Shown here piece by piece: positions 22,275 through 35,423 of a stretch of DNA of 64,000 bases (position 1 is its first letter; each line of letters starts with the position of its first letter). Location: positions 9,858,001-9,922,000 of the forward strand of contig JBHGNT010000012.1 in NCBI GenBank assembly GCA_043228905.1, given 5' to 3'. This DNA is from Azolla caroliniana (Eukaryota > Plantae > Polypodiophyta). The translations under genes and the position numbers were made by a program. A model generated the notes under the pieces. It saw nothing but the letters and a program-made list of their open reading frames with translations. It searched no databases and had not been told where the DNA came from.

Positions 22275-23534
22275 CGAGTTTGTATTGCCAAATTGGAACT
22301 AAGTCTTCACAACCGCAACATGGACTTGTAACCACTAAGTACTGCCTTCAAATGTTGCATGCATAAATTCATAGCTACATTCTATATAACATATTAGGCA
22401 AGTCTCCATAAAGGCATCCATAAATATGGAATTCTAATCACTAAGGCATCCAATCTATATGGTATATATGGCAAGTCTCCATAAAGCCATGAACAAATTC
22501 ATGTGCACATTCTATATGAAATAGGAGACATGATTGCACTTGTGACAACATTGTGTAATGTGGAAAAGGAAAACCACTGATATGCCAATTTCATACCCTG
22601 CCGAATTCAAAATTTAACAGTTTTTGCACGTGAATGTACACTGAATTTCAGGGTCCTGAATGCGATTCATGGACAAGTCTCAACTGCGACGACCTCGAAT
22701 TTTAACCATTGAGTCAATTTTTTTGCTCAAATCAATTATTATGGTTGTTTACATTAATATGGGTCAAGGCTCTCCGACGACAATGTATAATGCCAAGCTC
22801 ATTGTTTGTTGAGCCTAGGTCTCCATGAGCATCACCTGAACTTCTAACCACTAAAGTAAACGATCAAATGCTTTTCAATTGAAAACAATCTTGGCGGGGA
22901 TGAACATTTGAAAGGAAATGTTGAGCGAGAAAGCTCAACCAGATCCTGATTGGCTGTAGAAGCCTGAGCCGGATTGGCATCCAGAAGAATGAGCCAAATC
23001 GGTATCCGGATGGTACCGGAAACAACCAGCCAGATCGGGGAGACAGATCGGAGAGCTATATTCGAGCGGGAACCGGAAGCCTAGTAATAGCCTAGACTAC
23101 TAGGTAATCATTGTCTTGTAGTTAGTGTTAGTCGCACGTAGGAATATTGAAGTACCCGTAAGTACTTCTGTCAGTCCTTTATGGACTTGTATAAATAGTG
23201 TTGTTTAGCACGTTGTATGTATAGAGTTGTAGAGTTATTTTGAAAAACGTTTACGTTCTGCTCTCTCTGTCTATCCTGTGTATAGTCTCTCTATGTATTA
23301 AGCTTCTCCATTAAACCTCTTATTCTCTGTTGCTATCCGGCTGATCCAGTTCTATGTAACGCTTCCACACGTTTACATTTACATGGTATCAGAGCTCGAG
23401 GGTTGAGAACCTCTACAACCGACACTTGCTTCCGTAGACAAACTCTAGAACCCTCTGATAACAGATAGAGAGAATACATGGACAGAGGAATTGCGAGTTG
23501 ACTTCTAACAGAGAAGCTCGATTGGAGCAACTAT

Positions 23535-25466
23535 GTGTCCTTGTCATATAAAAGTCACCAGTACCTGTTGGGGCATGGATATTGGAGCTTCCTGGAAGGA
23601 AGACATGAAGTAGCACCGGAGCCGTCACACAAGCTCTTCCCGGTAATGGAGCAAGGAGCGAGCCGAGTATTGTACTGCACGATCAGATGCTGGGCTACAT
23701 CAAGGATGCAAAGACGCCGAAGGAGGCCTGGGGAAATCTGAGGAAGATTTTCGCAGTGAGTACCACAACCTGTAAGTTGCAGCTCCGGCAAGAGCTGAAC
23801 AACATCCAACAAAGAGACATGTCGGTTACGGATTACACCACCAAGATAAAGGAGATTTGCGATGCACTCGAGTCCATCAACATGACGGTGGACGAAGGAG
23901 AGATGGTACAAATCTACCTCGGTGGTCTAGAGCAAAGGTACAGGCCAATCCGGATAGCGATCTGCCCCGATCTGCACCCAGGAGAAACCACCGTCTTTCT
24001 TCGACTTGCAATCGATGTTGATGGTCGAAGAAAACCACACGAGTGGGTCAAGGACCACTCAATCGGACAATCGGATGTTGTACACGGAGATAGATCGGCC
24101 CTATGGATGTGGTGGATGAGGTGGGTCAACATGCAATGGAGGCGGCCGGCAAGAGCCGAACTGAAGGCACATATGGTGTCGAAAGTAGTTCCAGACCCTC
24201 CACAAGTAGGGGGAGTCAAAACAGCGTCGGAAGCCGACAAGGAAAAGCTAACACCGAATGCTGGTATTGTGGCAAAAAAGGCCAAAGGGAAAGCGAGTGT
24301 TGGAAGAAGCGCGCCGATTCAGACAAATCCGGATCCGGCAAGACCGGTCGGGAACACCAGCAACGCTCGTAGTATGCAGAAGGATCGGAACGATCCAGAA
24401 CCGGGAAGAATGGTAAAGGGCCAACCTTCGTGATGAAGCACAAGGCTAACTCGATGAAGAAGACTACTTCCAAATCGGAGGAAGTATGGTACGTTGATTC
24501 TGGAGCGTCCAACCACATGACGAGCCATGAACAGTGGTTCTCCTTCTTGGAAAAACCTGAACAACTGGGGATTGTTGAAACCGGAGATGACACCCCTCAC
24601 CCTATTGTGCATGTCGGAGAAGTCCCTTTAAGCCATGTCGGACAAAAAGGGAAGTTGATGAACGTACTACACGTTCCGACAATCGCAAAGAACCTGGTGT
24701 CGGTTGAACAAATAGTCGACCAGGAGATGCAGGTGCGGTTTACGCACCGTGGGTGCTTCATCGAGGAAGAAGGCCGGATAATCGCGCAAGGGCGTAGAGA
24801 CGGGAGGATGTTAATCCTCAACACCAATGACGTTGGCACCGCTATGTTTGTGAAAGGGCAGAAGGTTGAATCGGACATCGACTTGTGGCACAAGTAGATT
24901 GGCCACGTCAATTATCAAAGGCTTCAAGACTTTCAATCGAAACAAGTTGTTTTCGGTTTGCCAAAATTTAGCGGCCGGAAGGCCAAAATTTGTGAAGCCT
25001 GCCAACTCGGGAAGCAACACCGGCTTCCATTCCCCACCGAACGAAACCGGAGCCATAACAAGCTTGATCTAATACATTCGGATTTATCAGAACCGACACA
25101 AAACGTTAGTCTTGGAGGGAGTCGATACTTCGTCTCCTTCATCGACGACTACAGCCAGCACACATGGATCTACCTCATTAAGAGGAAGGAGGAAGTCTTC
25201 AAATTTTTCTGAAACCGTCAAAGTTTAGTTGAACGGGAAACGGAGAGGAAGACCAAGTGCCTGTAGTTAGATGGTAGAAAAGAATACTTTTCTAACCAAT
25301 TCAACAAGTATCTACAACAGAATGGAATTTGGAGAGAATTCAACTGTAGATACACACCGGAGCAAAACGGTGTGGCCAAAAGGAAGAACCGGTCCATTGT
25401 CGACGCGACAAGGGCAATGCTAGAGGAGAACCCCATTACGCGGTATGGGTAGAATGAGTACATGGC
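23535..25466 (+). pseudogene. Copia B gag-PR-IN fragment
   Basis: ECWYCGKKGQRESEC, WYVDSGASNHMT, IDLWHK, CEACQLGKQ, FIDDYS. Integrase is truncated at ~25430. Confidence 0.9.
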
Positions 25467-28400
25467 TATAAAGAATCAAGAGATGGATTCTTGTGAAGCG
25501 GAAGAGATATGAGTTATGTGTGTATATGTGTGAGAGAGAGAGAGTGAGAGAGACAAGGAGTAAAACACAGAGAATACACAAGGTTAAGTATATTAACAAA
25601 GAAGAAAGACACCACATAATACAAGGTGGGAGGAGGGTGCTTTATGTAGTCACCCTCTCTCCTCATTAACTACAAGGCTCATGGAGCATGGGGAATATGA
25701 AAGCTCATAAGTTATGTGTCATAGAATATGATTTTATGACTCATACTAAATGCTAGAATACAAAGAGGTGACTTAATGGTGACTCTTGACCGTTGGAGTG
25801 TCTATTCACTCTCAAGGTGAGTTCACACACTAGACCAAGCTGAGCTTGATTCTCAACACGCACCCTCAAGCTCAAGTCGGGTCCGTTTCAGACAGTATCC
25901 GAAATCCTCTTTGACTCGCGTTCCGGAGTCTGCGTCGACTCGTGTCGACTCGCTTTATGCCGAGTTGCGGAATCCATGCTCCAGCTTGCGTTGTGCGTAG
26001 TTGCGAAGTCTGTGCTTCGGCTTGCGTCTTTCTTCGCGGCTTCATTGCATGGTTGCGTAATCCACATGTTATTGCATAATGTGCGCGGTTTGCGGAATCC
26101 ACGGGTTATTGCGTAATGTCTTCAGTACTCCCCCTCAAGCTTGGCAGGTCAGGGATCGTCAACCTGAGATCGGTCATGAATTGCCATAGCTTGTCGGCTC
26201 CTAAGGCTTTAGTGAAGATGTTGGCCGTTTGAAGATTGGTGCTAATGTGTTGTAGGTCGACATCACCAGCCAGAACGCGCTCTCGGATGAAGTGATAGTG
26301 CACTTCGATGTGCTTTGTCCGCGCGTGGAACACCGGGTTCCGAGCCAAATAGATACTGCTCATGCTGTCGCAGTAAAGGGAAGTCGGATCCTTGATGGGT
26401 AGGCCCAGATTCTTCAAAATCCTCTTGAGCCATACGGCTTCACACGTAGCTACGGTTGTGCCCCTGTATTCCGCCTCCGTACTCGAAAGAGCGACGATAG
26501 GCTGCTTCTTGCTACTCCAGGATATTGCTCCGCTTCCGAGGGAGAAAACAAATCCGGAGGTTGATCTTCTATCAGCTTTGTAGCCGGCCCAATCGGCGTC
26601 TGTGTACCCATTGTGCCGCTCATGTAGCGTAGAACTCGCTTAGTGCAATCCAAGTGAGTATCACGTGGTGTTTGCATGAACTGGCTAAGGAGACCGACCG
26701 GATAACTAAGATCGGGTCGTGTGATCGTGAGGTAGATGAGACTCCCGATGAGTTGCCGATACTGAGTCGGCTCACACGCTTTGCTGTCGGAGTTCGCATC
26801 TAGTTTGAGATTGCGATCGAGCGGGGTTGCCGCGGATTTGCACTCAGCCATCCCGAACTTGTAAAACAAGTTGAGGATGTAGTACCGTAGAGAGATCAGG
26901 ATTCCGGTCGGAGTCCGAATTACCTCGATGCCGAGGAAGTAGTGGAGCTCCTTCATGCCCGTCATCTCGAACTTGTCGGAAAGGAGGGATTTGACTTTAT
27001 TGATTTCAACGAGATGCTCACCTTCAATGACTAGGTCATCCACATATAAAATGATGACGATCGGACTTGCGGAATCGCTTCGTATGTAGAGGGAGTTGCC
27101 CGATTTTGATATACGGAAGCCAATTTGATGAAGATATTGCGTTATCTTCGAATGCCACGCACGCGGTGCTTGCTTGAGGCCGTAGAGTGGCTTCTTGAGT
27201 CGGCAAACCGCTTTTGGATGGGTGCTCGAGTTGAAGCTGGGTGGTTGTATCATGTACACCTCCTCTTCTAATTCGCCTTGTAGAAAGGTGTTCTTAACGT
27301 CCATTTGATGGAGGTGCCACCCTTTCGCCACGGCAAGCGCAATTACGGTTCGTACCGTCGTCATCTTTGCCACCGGGGCAAAGGTCTCCTCGTAGTCAAC
27401 TCTGTGCGTTTGGGCATAGCCTTTCGCTATGAGTCGCGCTTTGTAGCGGGTGACGGAACCGTCGGCGTTGTACTTCACTTTGCAAATCCATCTGCATCCG
27501 ATCGCCTTTTTGTGTGGTGAGGTGGGAATGAGATCCCACGTCTCGTTCTTGTGTAATGCCTATATCTCCTCGTTCATGGCTTCGATCCATCGCGGATCCT
27601 TGGCTGCTTCAGAGAATGTTTCCGGCTCGCGTACTGTCGCCACCTTCATCATAAAGGCATAGTGATATGCCATGTAGTCGTTGTAGCCGAATTGGCTGAC
27701 CATATTCTTTCCACGGGTGGAGCGACGGAGCTTTTCATTTGCAGAGATGAGGGCTTTCTTAGTTCCGATTGGAACATCGAAGCCGCCGAACTCACTGTCA
27801 AGTGAGTGAGTCGACTCATCGTCATCGAAGTGATCGTCTTCGTATTCCACCATTTTTGCCTTGCCTTTGCCCATCTTCGGGCTAGGCCGTGATGTGCTTT
27901 GATCGCTCAAAGGCTCTTGTGGTCCGCTCAGTCGGGTCGTGATCGGACTTTCTTCGAACATGTGTGTAAGGCGATCTTCATCCTCTATCGTTGGTTTGAC
28001 GGATTCCGGGTCGAGCGGAGTCGGAGTCAGAGTCGTCTCTGGTGCGTACCAGGATGCGGACTCGTCAAATACGACGTCTCGACTTACTCGAGATTTTCGA
28101 GTTGAGGGGTTGTAGCAGTTGTACCCCTTTTTCTCCACTGAGTATCCTACGAGGATACATTTCTCTGACTTCGGGTCAAGCTTTTGACGCTTCTCGTCGG
28201 GGATGTGCACGTATGCTATCGCGCCGAATATCCGGGTGTGCGATAAGTCCGGCTTCTTTCCAAAGTATTTTTTGTGCGGAGTGATCTCGTGCACGTCGGA
28301 TGTTGTGCATCGGTTCATTAGGTAGACGGCCATATTTGCAGCTTCAGTCCAATATGACTTGGGCATATGCTTCTCGTTCATCATGGCTCGCGCTACTTCG

Positions 28401-30060
28401 AGGATGTGCCGATTTTTGCGCTCGGCTACCCTGTTTTGTTGCGGAGTGTGTCGGCAAGTGAATTCTCACCAAATTCCTTCCTTTCGGAGTTACGCCGTGA
28501 AGGCATCCGAGAAGTACTCCTTGCCGCCACGATCTTCGTAGTCGGATTTGTGCCCGTACATTTCGCCACGGTTGGAGTTATGTGCATACATTCCGCCACG
28601 ATCTTCGTAGTTGGAGTTGTGTGCGTAATTCGTGAGTTTTCAGCTTGTGGAAGCCGATTCACGCATCTTCTTTCGGCACTCTTCTTCGTGGTGGCTGAGC
28701 TTTCCGCAATATCCGCATTCGGTTGCGTTTTGATGGCTCGGGCCGGAGTGGAAGCCCCCCCTTCTTGCGAAGGTTCCTCGTTGGCCTCCGTTTTGCGGCC
28801 GAAATTGGGAGTTCTTGTCGTAGGTCAGACCTCGTCTGCCTTGTCCTTGGCCGAATCGGCCTCTCGCTCGTCCGCGTCCTCTTCCTCCATTAGAGTGCGT
28901 GTAAAGCATGTGGCCTTCCGACTCATTGCTCCTTGTACGCACATGGTTTTCTTCGACCAATAGCATTGATTGGAGCTCGAAGAAGGAGGGAGATTTCTCC
29001 TGTGCTAGAACGGCGGTTCGCATCGCGCCAAACCGTGGTGCGAGGCCGCCGAGGCATATTTGCACCATCTCATCATCATCTATACTTACGCTTATTGAGC
29101 GGAGCGAATCGCAAAGCTCCTTGATCTTCAAGGTGTATGTCGTGATGGACATGTCCTTTTGTTGAATGTTGTTCAACTCTTGGCAGAGTTGAAGCTTCCT
29201 CGCGGTCGTGTTGGTGGCGAAAATCTTTCGTAGATTTTCCCACGTTTCCTTCGGCGTCTTGGCTTCTCGAATGTAACCGAGCATGTGGTCGTGAACACAT
29301 GTCGCCAAGCAGTACATCATGCGGCCTGCGGCTTGCTCCCATGTCGCATATCCGGGAGCCGCTTCGGCGGGTCGGTCTTCATGCGCTCCTCTAGTGTAGC
29401 TCCAATAGCCTTGTCCGACAAGGTATTGGTGCATCTTGTACTTCCAAGATGCGAAGTTGTTTCGATCCAACTACTCGGTAGGGAGAGCGCTCCCCATTTG
29501 AGTATTCATTATGTCGATTCTTCTTCTTCTTCTTCTCTCTTCAAATGCGAGCTATATAGCGATGCTACAATAGCTATGAGCCGGTTCTTGGTCGTCGGCG
29601 TAGAGCACAGCACACGATCACGATGAGGCGAATGGGCTAGATCGAGCTACCAAAGCGCTCTGATACCATGTGAAGAATCAAGAGATGGATTCTTGTGACG
29701 CGGAAGAGATATGAGTTATGTGTGTATATGTGTGAGAGAGAGAGAGTGAGAGAGACAAGGAGTAAAACACAGAGAATACGCAAGGTTAAGTATATTAACA
29801 AAGGAGAAAGACTCAACACTCTACAAGGTGGGAGGAGGGTGCTTTATGTAGTCACCCTCTCTCTTCATTAACTACAAGGCTCATGGAGCATGGGGAATGT
29901 GAAAGCTCATAAGTTATGTGTCATAGAATATGATTCTATGACTCATACTAAATGCTAGAATACAAAGAGGTGACTTAATGGCGACTCTTGACTGTTGGAG
30001 TGTCTATTCACTCTCAAGGTGAGTTCACACACTAGACCAAGTTGAGCTTGATTCTCAACA
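25467..30060 (-). mobile_element. Ty1/copia element C, nested in B
   Basis: 392-bp LTRs at 25467-25858 and 29669-30060; iMet PBS 29657-29668; TSD ATGGC/ATGGC. Confidence 0.95.
26106..29470 (-). pseudogene. Copia C gag-pol, with PR and IN N-terminus deleted
   Basis: Gag with CGYCGKLSHHEEEC, IN core, RT (ILYVDDLVI) and RNase H ([11 protein letters not shown]). Confidence 0.92.
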
Positions 30061-30605
30061 ATGGCGCATCCCTATGCATACATAACCAAAGTGGCGGAAG
30101 TGTGTGAGCTGGAGAGCTACGCAAAAACGACAAAGGATGCAAATTGGCATGCCACTACAGAGGAAGAAATGCGGGCACTCGATGCCAACGACACATGGGA
30201 TCTCGTTGATCCTCCCCGACACTGTAAAACGATCGGTTGCAAATGGGTGTAGAAGGTAAAGTACAATGCTAACGGTTCAGTTAACTAGTACAAGGCCCGG
30301 TTAGTGGCGAAGGGATACACATAGACCCACAGAATCGACTACGACAAGACCTTCGCTCCGGTAGCGAAGATGACTACGATTCGTGTGGTACTGGCGATGT
30401 TGCGGCAAGGGGGTGGCATCTTCACCAGATGGACGTGAAGAATGTGTTTCTTCAAGGTGACCTTGAAGAACGGGTCTATATGATCCAACCTCCCGGATTT
30501 CAGTCGGACATGAACAAGTCGGCGGTGTGCCGGCTTAAGAAGTCGTTTTACGGTCTGAAACAAGCCCCCCTAGCTTGGAATGCGAAGATCACGCACTGGT
30601 TGCGT
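30061..30605 (+). pseudogene. Copia B RT N-terminal part
   Basis: [36 protein letters not shown]. Confidence 0.88.
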
Positions 30606-31541
30606 TGTCGTGATGTGACACGTCTAATGGGAGAAAAAGTAAAAAAGTGTGGCTCCATGCACATGGAGAGGGATCAAGGATTGGTGGGGGCGAGTAAAGT
30701 CCTTATGTTCGTAAAGCCAGTTGATCGAAAGGAAAGGAAGGCACTTGGAATCCAACTTGAAGACGATGATGGAGCAAATGGCCTCATTGAGAATTGGGCC
30801 GAAGGTGAAAGAGTATGCCAGCGACATGACAAGAGGAAGATGGGAATCTTGTCGACGTTGTCACGACCCATGAGGGAAGATCGAAAAGGAACTACATGCA
30901 ACAATGCGCCACCACTAAAGGAAGAGAGCTCGAAGTGGGGAGATAGGTCGGTACTCGACATAGAAGCCTTCATAAAGGAGGCATATGAGAGTGTTGAGAG
31001 ACAAGCTCAACATCGGCCAAATCGGTTGAGCAAGCCGAGGACCAGATTGGTTGGGATCGATCGGTTAGGCCGGACTGGTGCGTAAAACGGATACGTAAAC
31101 CGGTATGCAAACCGGTGCGTAACTAGAGGCCATATCGGTGCGTAAACCGAAAGGCCTTTAGAGAGATATTCCTCGTAAAGGAAGAATTTTGGGAGTAAGT
31201 GTCGATGCTTACTTATGAGCACTCATGTACTGTCAGTACTTGTGTCAGCCCGGTTGTCAGGGCTTGTATAAAAGTGCTCACTGAGCACATCCTATGTACA
31301 GAACGAGTATTATTTTTGAATTAAGTTCTTGTTTTTACTCTCTCTCTCTGTCTCTCCCGTGCGTACTGTGCAAACCTAACCTTTCCATTAAACCTGCGTT
31401 TTCTGTTGTGAGGTTTCCTATATTGCTTCCGCACGACATTCTTTTCGTGGTATCAGAGCATGAGGGTTGAGAACCTCTGTACCCGACTTTGCTTGAAGGA
31501 AAAACCAACGAAGAAGAACAAGAAAACCGATGGACTGAGGA

Positions 31542-32719
31542 ATGGCTAGCTCGCTTCGAACGGAGAAGCTCGACAGAATTGACTACGCATCTTGGTCCTA
31601 CAAGATACACCAATACCTGGTCGGACACTGTTATTGGAGCTATGTCGATGGAGCAAATGACACAGCACCCGATTCGACACACAAAGACTTCCCGGCATGG
31701 GAACAATCGACAAGCAGACTGTTGTACTGTTTCGCGTCTTGTGTGGGCAAACAACTGTTAAGCTACGTTTAGGATGCAAAAACGCCGAAGGGTGCGTGGG
31801 AAAATTTGAAGAAGATCTTTGCCGCGAGCACCACAGCCAGGAAGCTTAAGCTTCGACAGGAGTTGAGCAACGTATGACAATGCGATTTGTTGGTGGCTGA
31901 CTATAGCTCGAAGATCAAGGACATATGCGACTCCTTAGCTTCCATCGATGTGAACATTGAGGAAAGCGAGATGGTCTAGGTCTGTCTCGGGGGTCTGGTG
32001 TCAAAGTTCGGAGCGTTCTAAACTACTGTGTGTACCCGGGGGAATACGCCGTCGTTTTTCGACTTACAGTCGATACTCCTTATAGAGGAGAACCACGCGG
32101 GTGCGTCGACAAGCACTCATGCCGACAGCAAGATGTTGTACACGGAGGGAAAGAGGCCCCGTGATCGTGGCGGACGAGGCGAGTCGGTACGCAATGGAGG
32201 CGGCCGACTGGATGAAGGAAGAAGGCACCGAAGTGATGCCGACAGCAACTCCAGACCCTCTGGAAACAGGGGGAGTCGAGGCGACGAGAACCGGCAAGGG
32301 AAATACGCTGCAGAATGCTGGTACTATGGCAAGAAATGCCACAGGGAGAGCGAGTGCTGGAAAAAATGCACCGAGTCGGAGAGGACCGGTTCTGGATCTG
32401 GTTCCAGACATACCGACAAAGGAAACCGGCAGTGATCGCACTACGCCGAAGGATCTGGAAAAGACGAAAAAGGGTTAGTCTTCGTGACGAGACACGAAGC
32501 AAACTCAGTGAAGAAGATCACCCCAAAGTCAGAGGAGGTGTGGTACGTCAACTCCAGCGCATCAAACCACATGACGTGCCATGAGGAGTGGTTCTCATAC
32601 CTTCAGAAACCGATGCAACCAGGAGTAGTCACAACCGGAGACGACACTTCACATCCGATCGTGAATGTCGGTGAAGTTCCCTTGAGCCATGTCGGGCAGA
32701 AAGGGAAACTTATGAACGT
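31542..32719 (+). pseudogene. Copia D gag-PR
   Basis: DRIDYASWSYKIHQYL, ECWYYGKKCHRESEC, WYVNSSASNHMT. Cut at ...KLMNV by gypsy Y. Confidence 0.9.
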
Positions 32720-33442
32720 TGTCGTGGAGAAAACCGTCCCTAGGCGGAAACCGAGTATAACGTTCATAAACCGGCCCTTATACGTGGGCACAAGTTTTGT
32801 TGTATAGTCCGTAGGTAGGTACAAGTCGCCTGAGGCGAAATCCTAAGGAGCATGCATTCAGTAGGGAGGGAATCGAGGCGTATGGGACAGGGAATAAACA
32901 TGATGTGACGGATGGTAACAACCTCTCTCCTTAGGTTATAAAAGAGAGGGAGAGGTATGGAAAAGATATCGCGTTTTAGCAGAGGACGAAGTGCTGCTGG
33001 ACTGGGACCAAACCCTTCTCCTCTCCTTTCCTCCGTCGCCCCTTTAATTGTTCTGTGTAGGTTTGGGAGGCTGACTCTGCTCCGCAGGACGCCCGAGTGC
33101 TACCGGCAGAGTCTCCATCTCGTGTTCTGTCTGTGTGCGTGTGTGTGCGTAGGCGTCAGTGCCCATCACTCGCCGACTTGCCGGTTGTAACACCTTCATT
33201 CATATATATATATGCATAAACATTCGTTCTATCTCCATCTGGCGTTTTGTAGCTAATTACAATTCCTGTGATTCTGTGGGTCTATGCGCGTGTGAATTAC
33301 ATCGTAAGAGTCCTTCCCCTCCCTTCATTCGGTTATTTCTTGGTCCGGGGCCCGGTGGTCTCGCCTCGTTCTCCGCGCACGCGCGTAACAACGCGACATA
33401 TTTGGTGAACCCGATGTGAACAGGCGGCAGAGGAATAGAAAG

Positions 33443-35423
33443 ATGAGAGGGTCGGAACTTGCAGAAGCCATGGCTTTGGCTGTGGATCGGATAGTGAGTG
33501 CGCCTGCGAAGGCACATGCGCCCTCGATAGGGCTATTGAAGCGGTCGTGGGCACAATAGGCCCGTTCGGTGGGAAGGACGCCATGAGCTATCTGGAGGCC
33601 TATCGAGCCGAAATGGTGTTGAGGGACATCCTAGAGGATAGGCAACTGGCCGGATTCCCTCGGGTGGCGATGCTGGGCATCCATGCGGAGGTGCTTGAGG
33701 TACAAGCTGAGAGTTGGACCTAGGAAGAGTTTGAAGGTCGGCTCCTTGAAAAATACGGGCTTGATGACGCGCTCCGGCTGTCGAAGCGGGACTTCATGGA
33801 ATGGGTGGAGACCCCCGAAAAAGGGAGAAACGCGTCGGTGCTCCTTCGGGAGTTTGAAGAACGCTTCGCACGACTTTCGGCGCTGGACCGGACCATGCTG
33901 GACACGAGTCGTGTCCTATTGTTTGTTAAATCGGTGGACGCACGGGACCGGGAGCAAGTGGGCTTCCTGCTGGAGACCGATGACTACCTAACAACCGACT
34001 GGGCCGTGGTAAAGAGAGTCTGCAGCCGCTTTGACAAACGACGTGAGTGGGTCGATAAAGGCTCGACGGGGGCAGGTTCTAATGCGACCAGGAAGGTCGG
34101 GGTACCTCCACCGGCGCGAAGGGAAGAGACCCGAGACAGGCTCGAGATCGGCTCGACTTCGACCGGCATGGTCAAAGGCTCGTCCGGAGGAGTGGCTTTG
34201 GAGGAGCTGACTCAGATGGTGAGGGACCTCCAGATCGCGCAAGCACGGAGGGACGGCGGTGAACAAGTCCATGACCGAAGGCCTCCGGCTGGGAACCGGT
34301 GCTTGTGGTGCGACGCGGTCAGCCACGGCCGAAAGGATTGCGGGGACTTCGCCGAAGCGATAAGAGTTAACGTGGTGTACCTATGGAACGGTCGGGTGCA
34401 CACTAGCGAGACCTGGAGGGCCTTGGATCTGAATGTCGGACAAGGGGGTATGAAACGGCTAATGGAAGAAGCGGCGGCTCGCCACGCGGAGACCGTCCAC
34501 TACTCGGCGTCGGCTGGAATCCGGGTTGGAAGCGATGAGGTCCGGAAGATGAAGGAAGCCGGATTCTGGCCGCTGGTGCTGGAAGGCCTCGCCGGCCTAC
34601 GGCTGAGCAAAGAGGAAGCCGACCGTGTGGAAAGACGGGTCCGGGAGGTAACCGGGTGGAGTGACCTTGTCGAAGAGAAGAGGGGCTTCGTGGAAGCCGC
34701 GTACCAGAACTACAAGGTTCTGGTGGAAGTCAAGCAAGCGGGAAAGACTAGGGGGGCCCAACCCTCGCAATAGTATGAGACCCGGTTCGGGCCGAAGTAG
34801 AGTGATGTGGGTGCATCTGGCGCACCGGACAAGGGCAGGAAGGACGGTTATCGGTTGAGCACGGAGATCGAAAGGTCTTGGAGGAATGAATCCTCGACAA
34901 CAAAGTGGAGCTATCGCTAAGGGAAGTGCTTGGTATCGCCAAGAAGGAGTTCCACGACTCCATCGTAGACTTGGTGAAGCGGAAAAGGTTTTCAACGGAG
35001 CCGGAGCCGGAGAAGCCGGTGGAGGTGCGAATGATGCACCTAGAAGACATGGCCCTGGAGGATGAGTTGGCGGAAAGCCACTACTCGAGGCTACATTGGG
35101 CTAGGGCAACTACAGAAACCCCTGTTCGAATCGGGGACGTTCAGGAGCCGGTGGTAGCGTTGGTAGACCATGGTTCGGAGATAAACTTGATGTCCATGGA
35201 CTTCTACAAGAAGGGAAAGTGGCCAATCAACACCAAGCACGGGTGGAAGATACGGGCAGCAACCCACGCCACAGAAGAGCTACACGGAGCCTGCTCGAAT
35301 GTACGAGTGAAACCCCACAGATGTACTATAGACGAAAGGACTTGTACCATAGGTAGGAAGTTTTGGTTTTCTGATAGCGGTGGTTGTACGGTAGCCGGCG
35401 TAGTTGGCTGAGAAAAGAAATGG
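33443..35423 (+). pseudogene. Gypsy Y gag-protease
   Basis: CLWCDAVSHGRKDC zinc knuckle; ALVDHGSEINLM protease motif. Confidence 0.88.

Larger units (their letters stand above)
2107..22918 (-). repeat. Tandem array of ~727-728 bp tRNA-His(GUG) gene units
   Basis: tRNA 3' ends at 9023, 9751, 10479, 11207, 12204, 12932, 13646, 14374, 15101, 15829, 16557, 17284, 18011, 18738, 19465, 20179 and 22203 (spacing mostly 727-728). Spacers align over their whole length. Confidence 0.97.
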
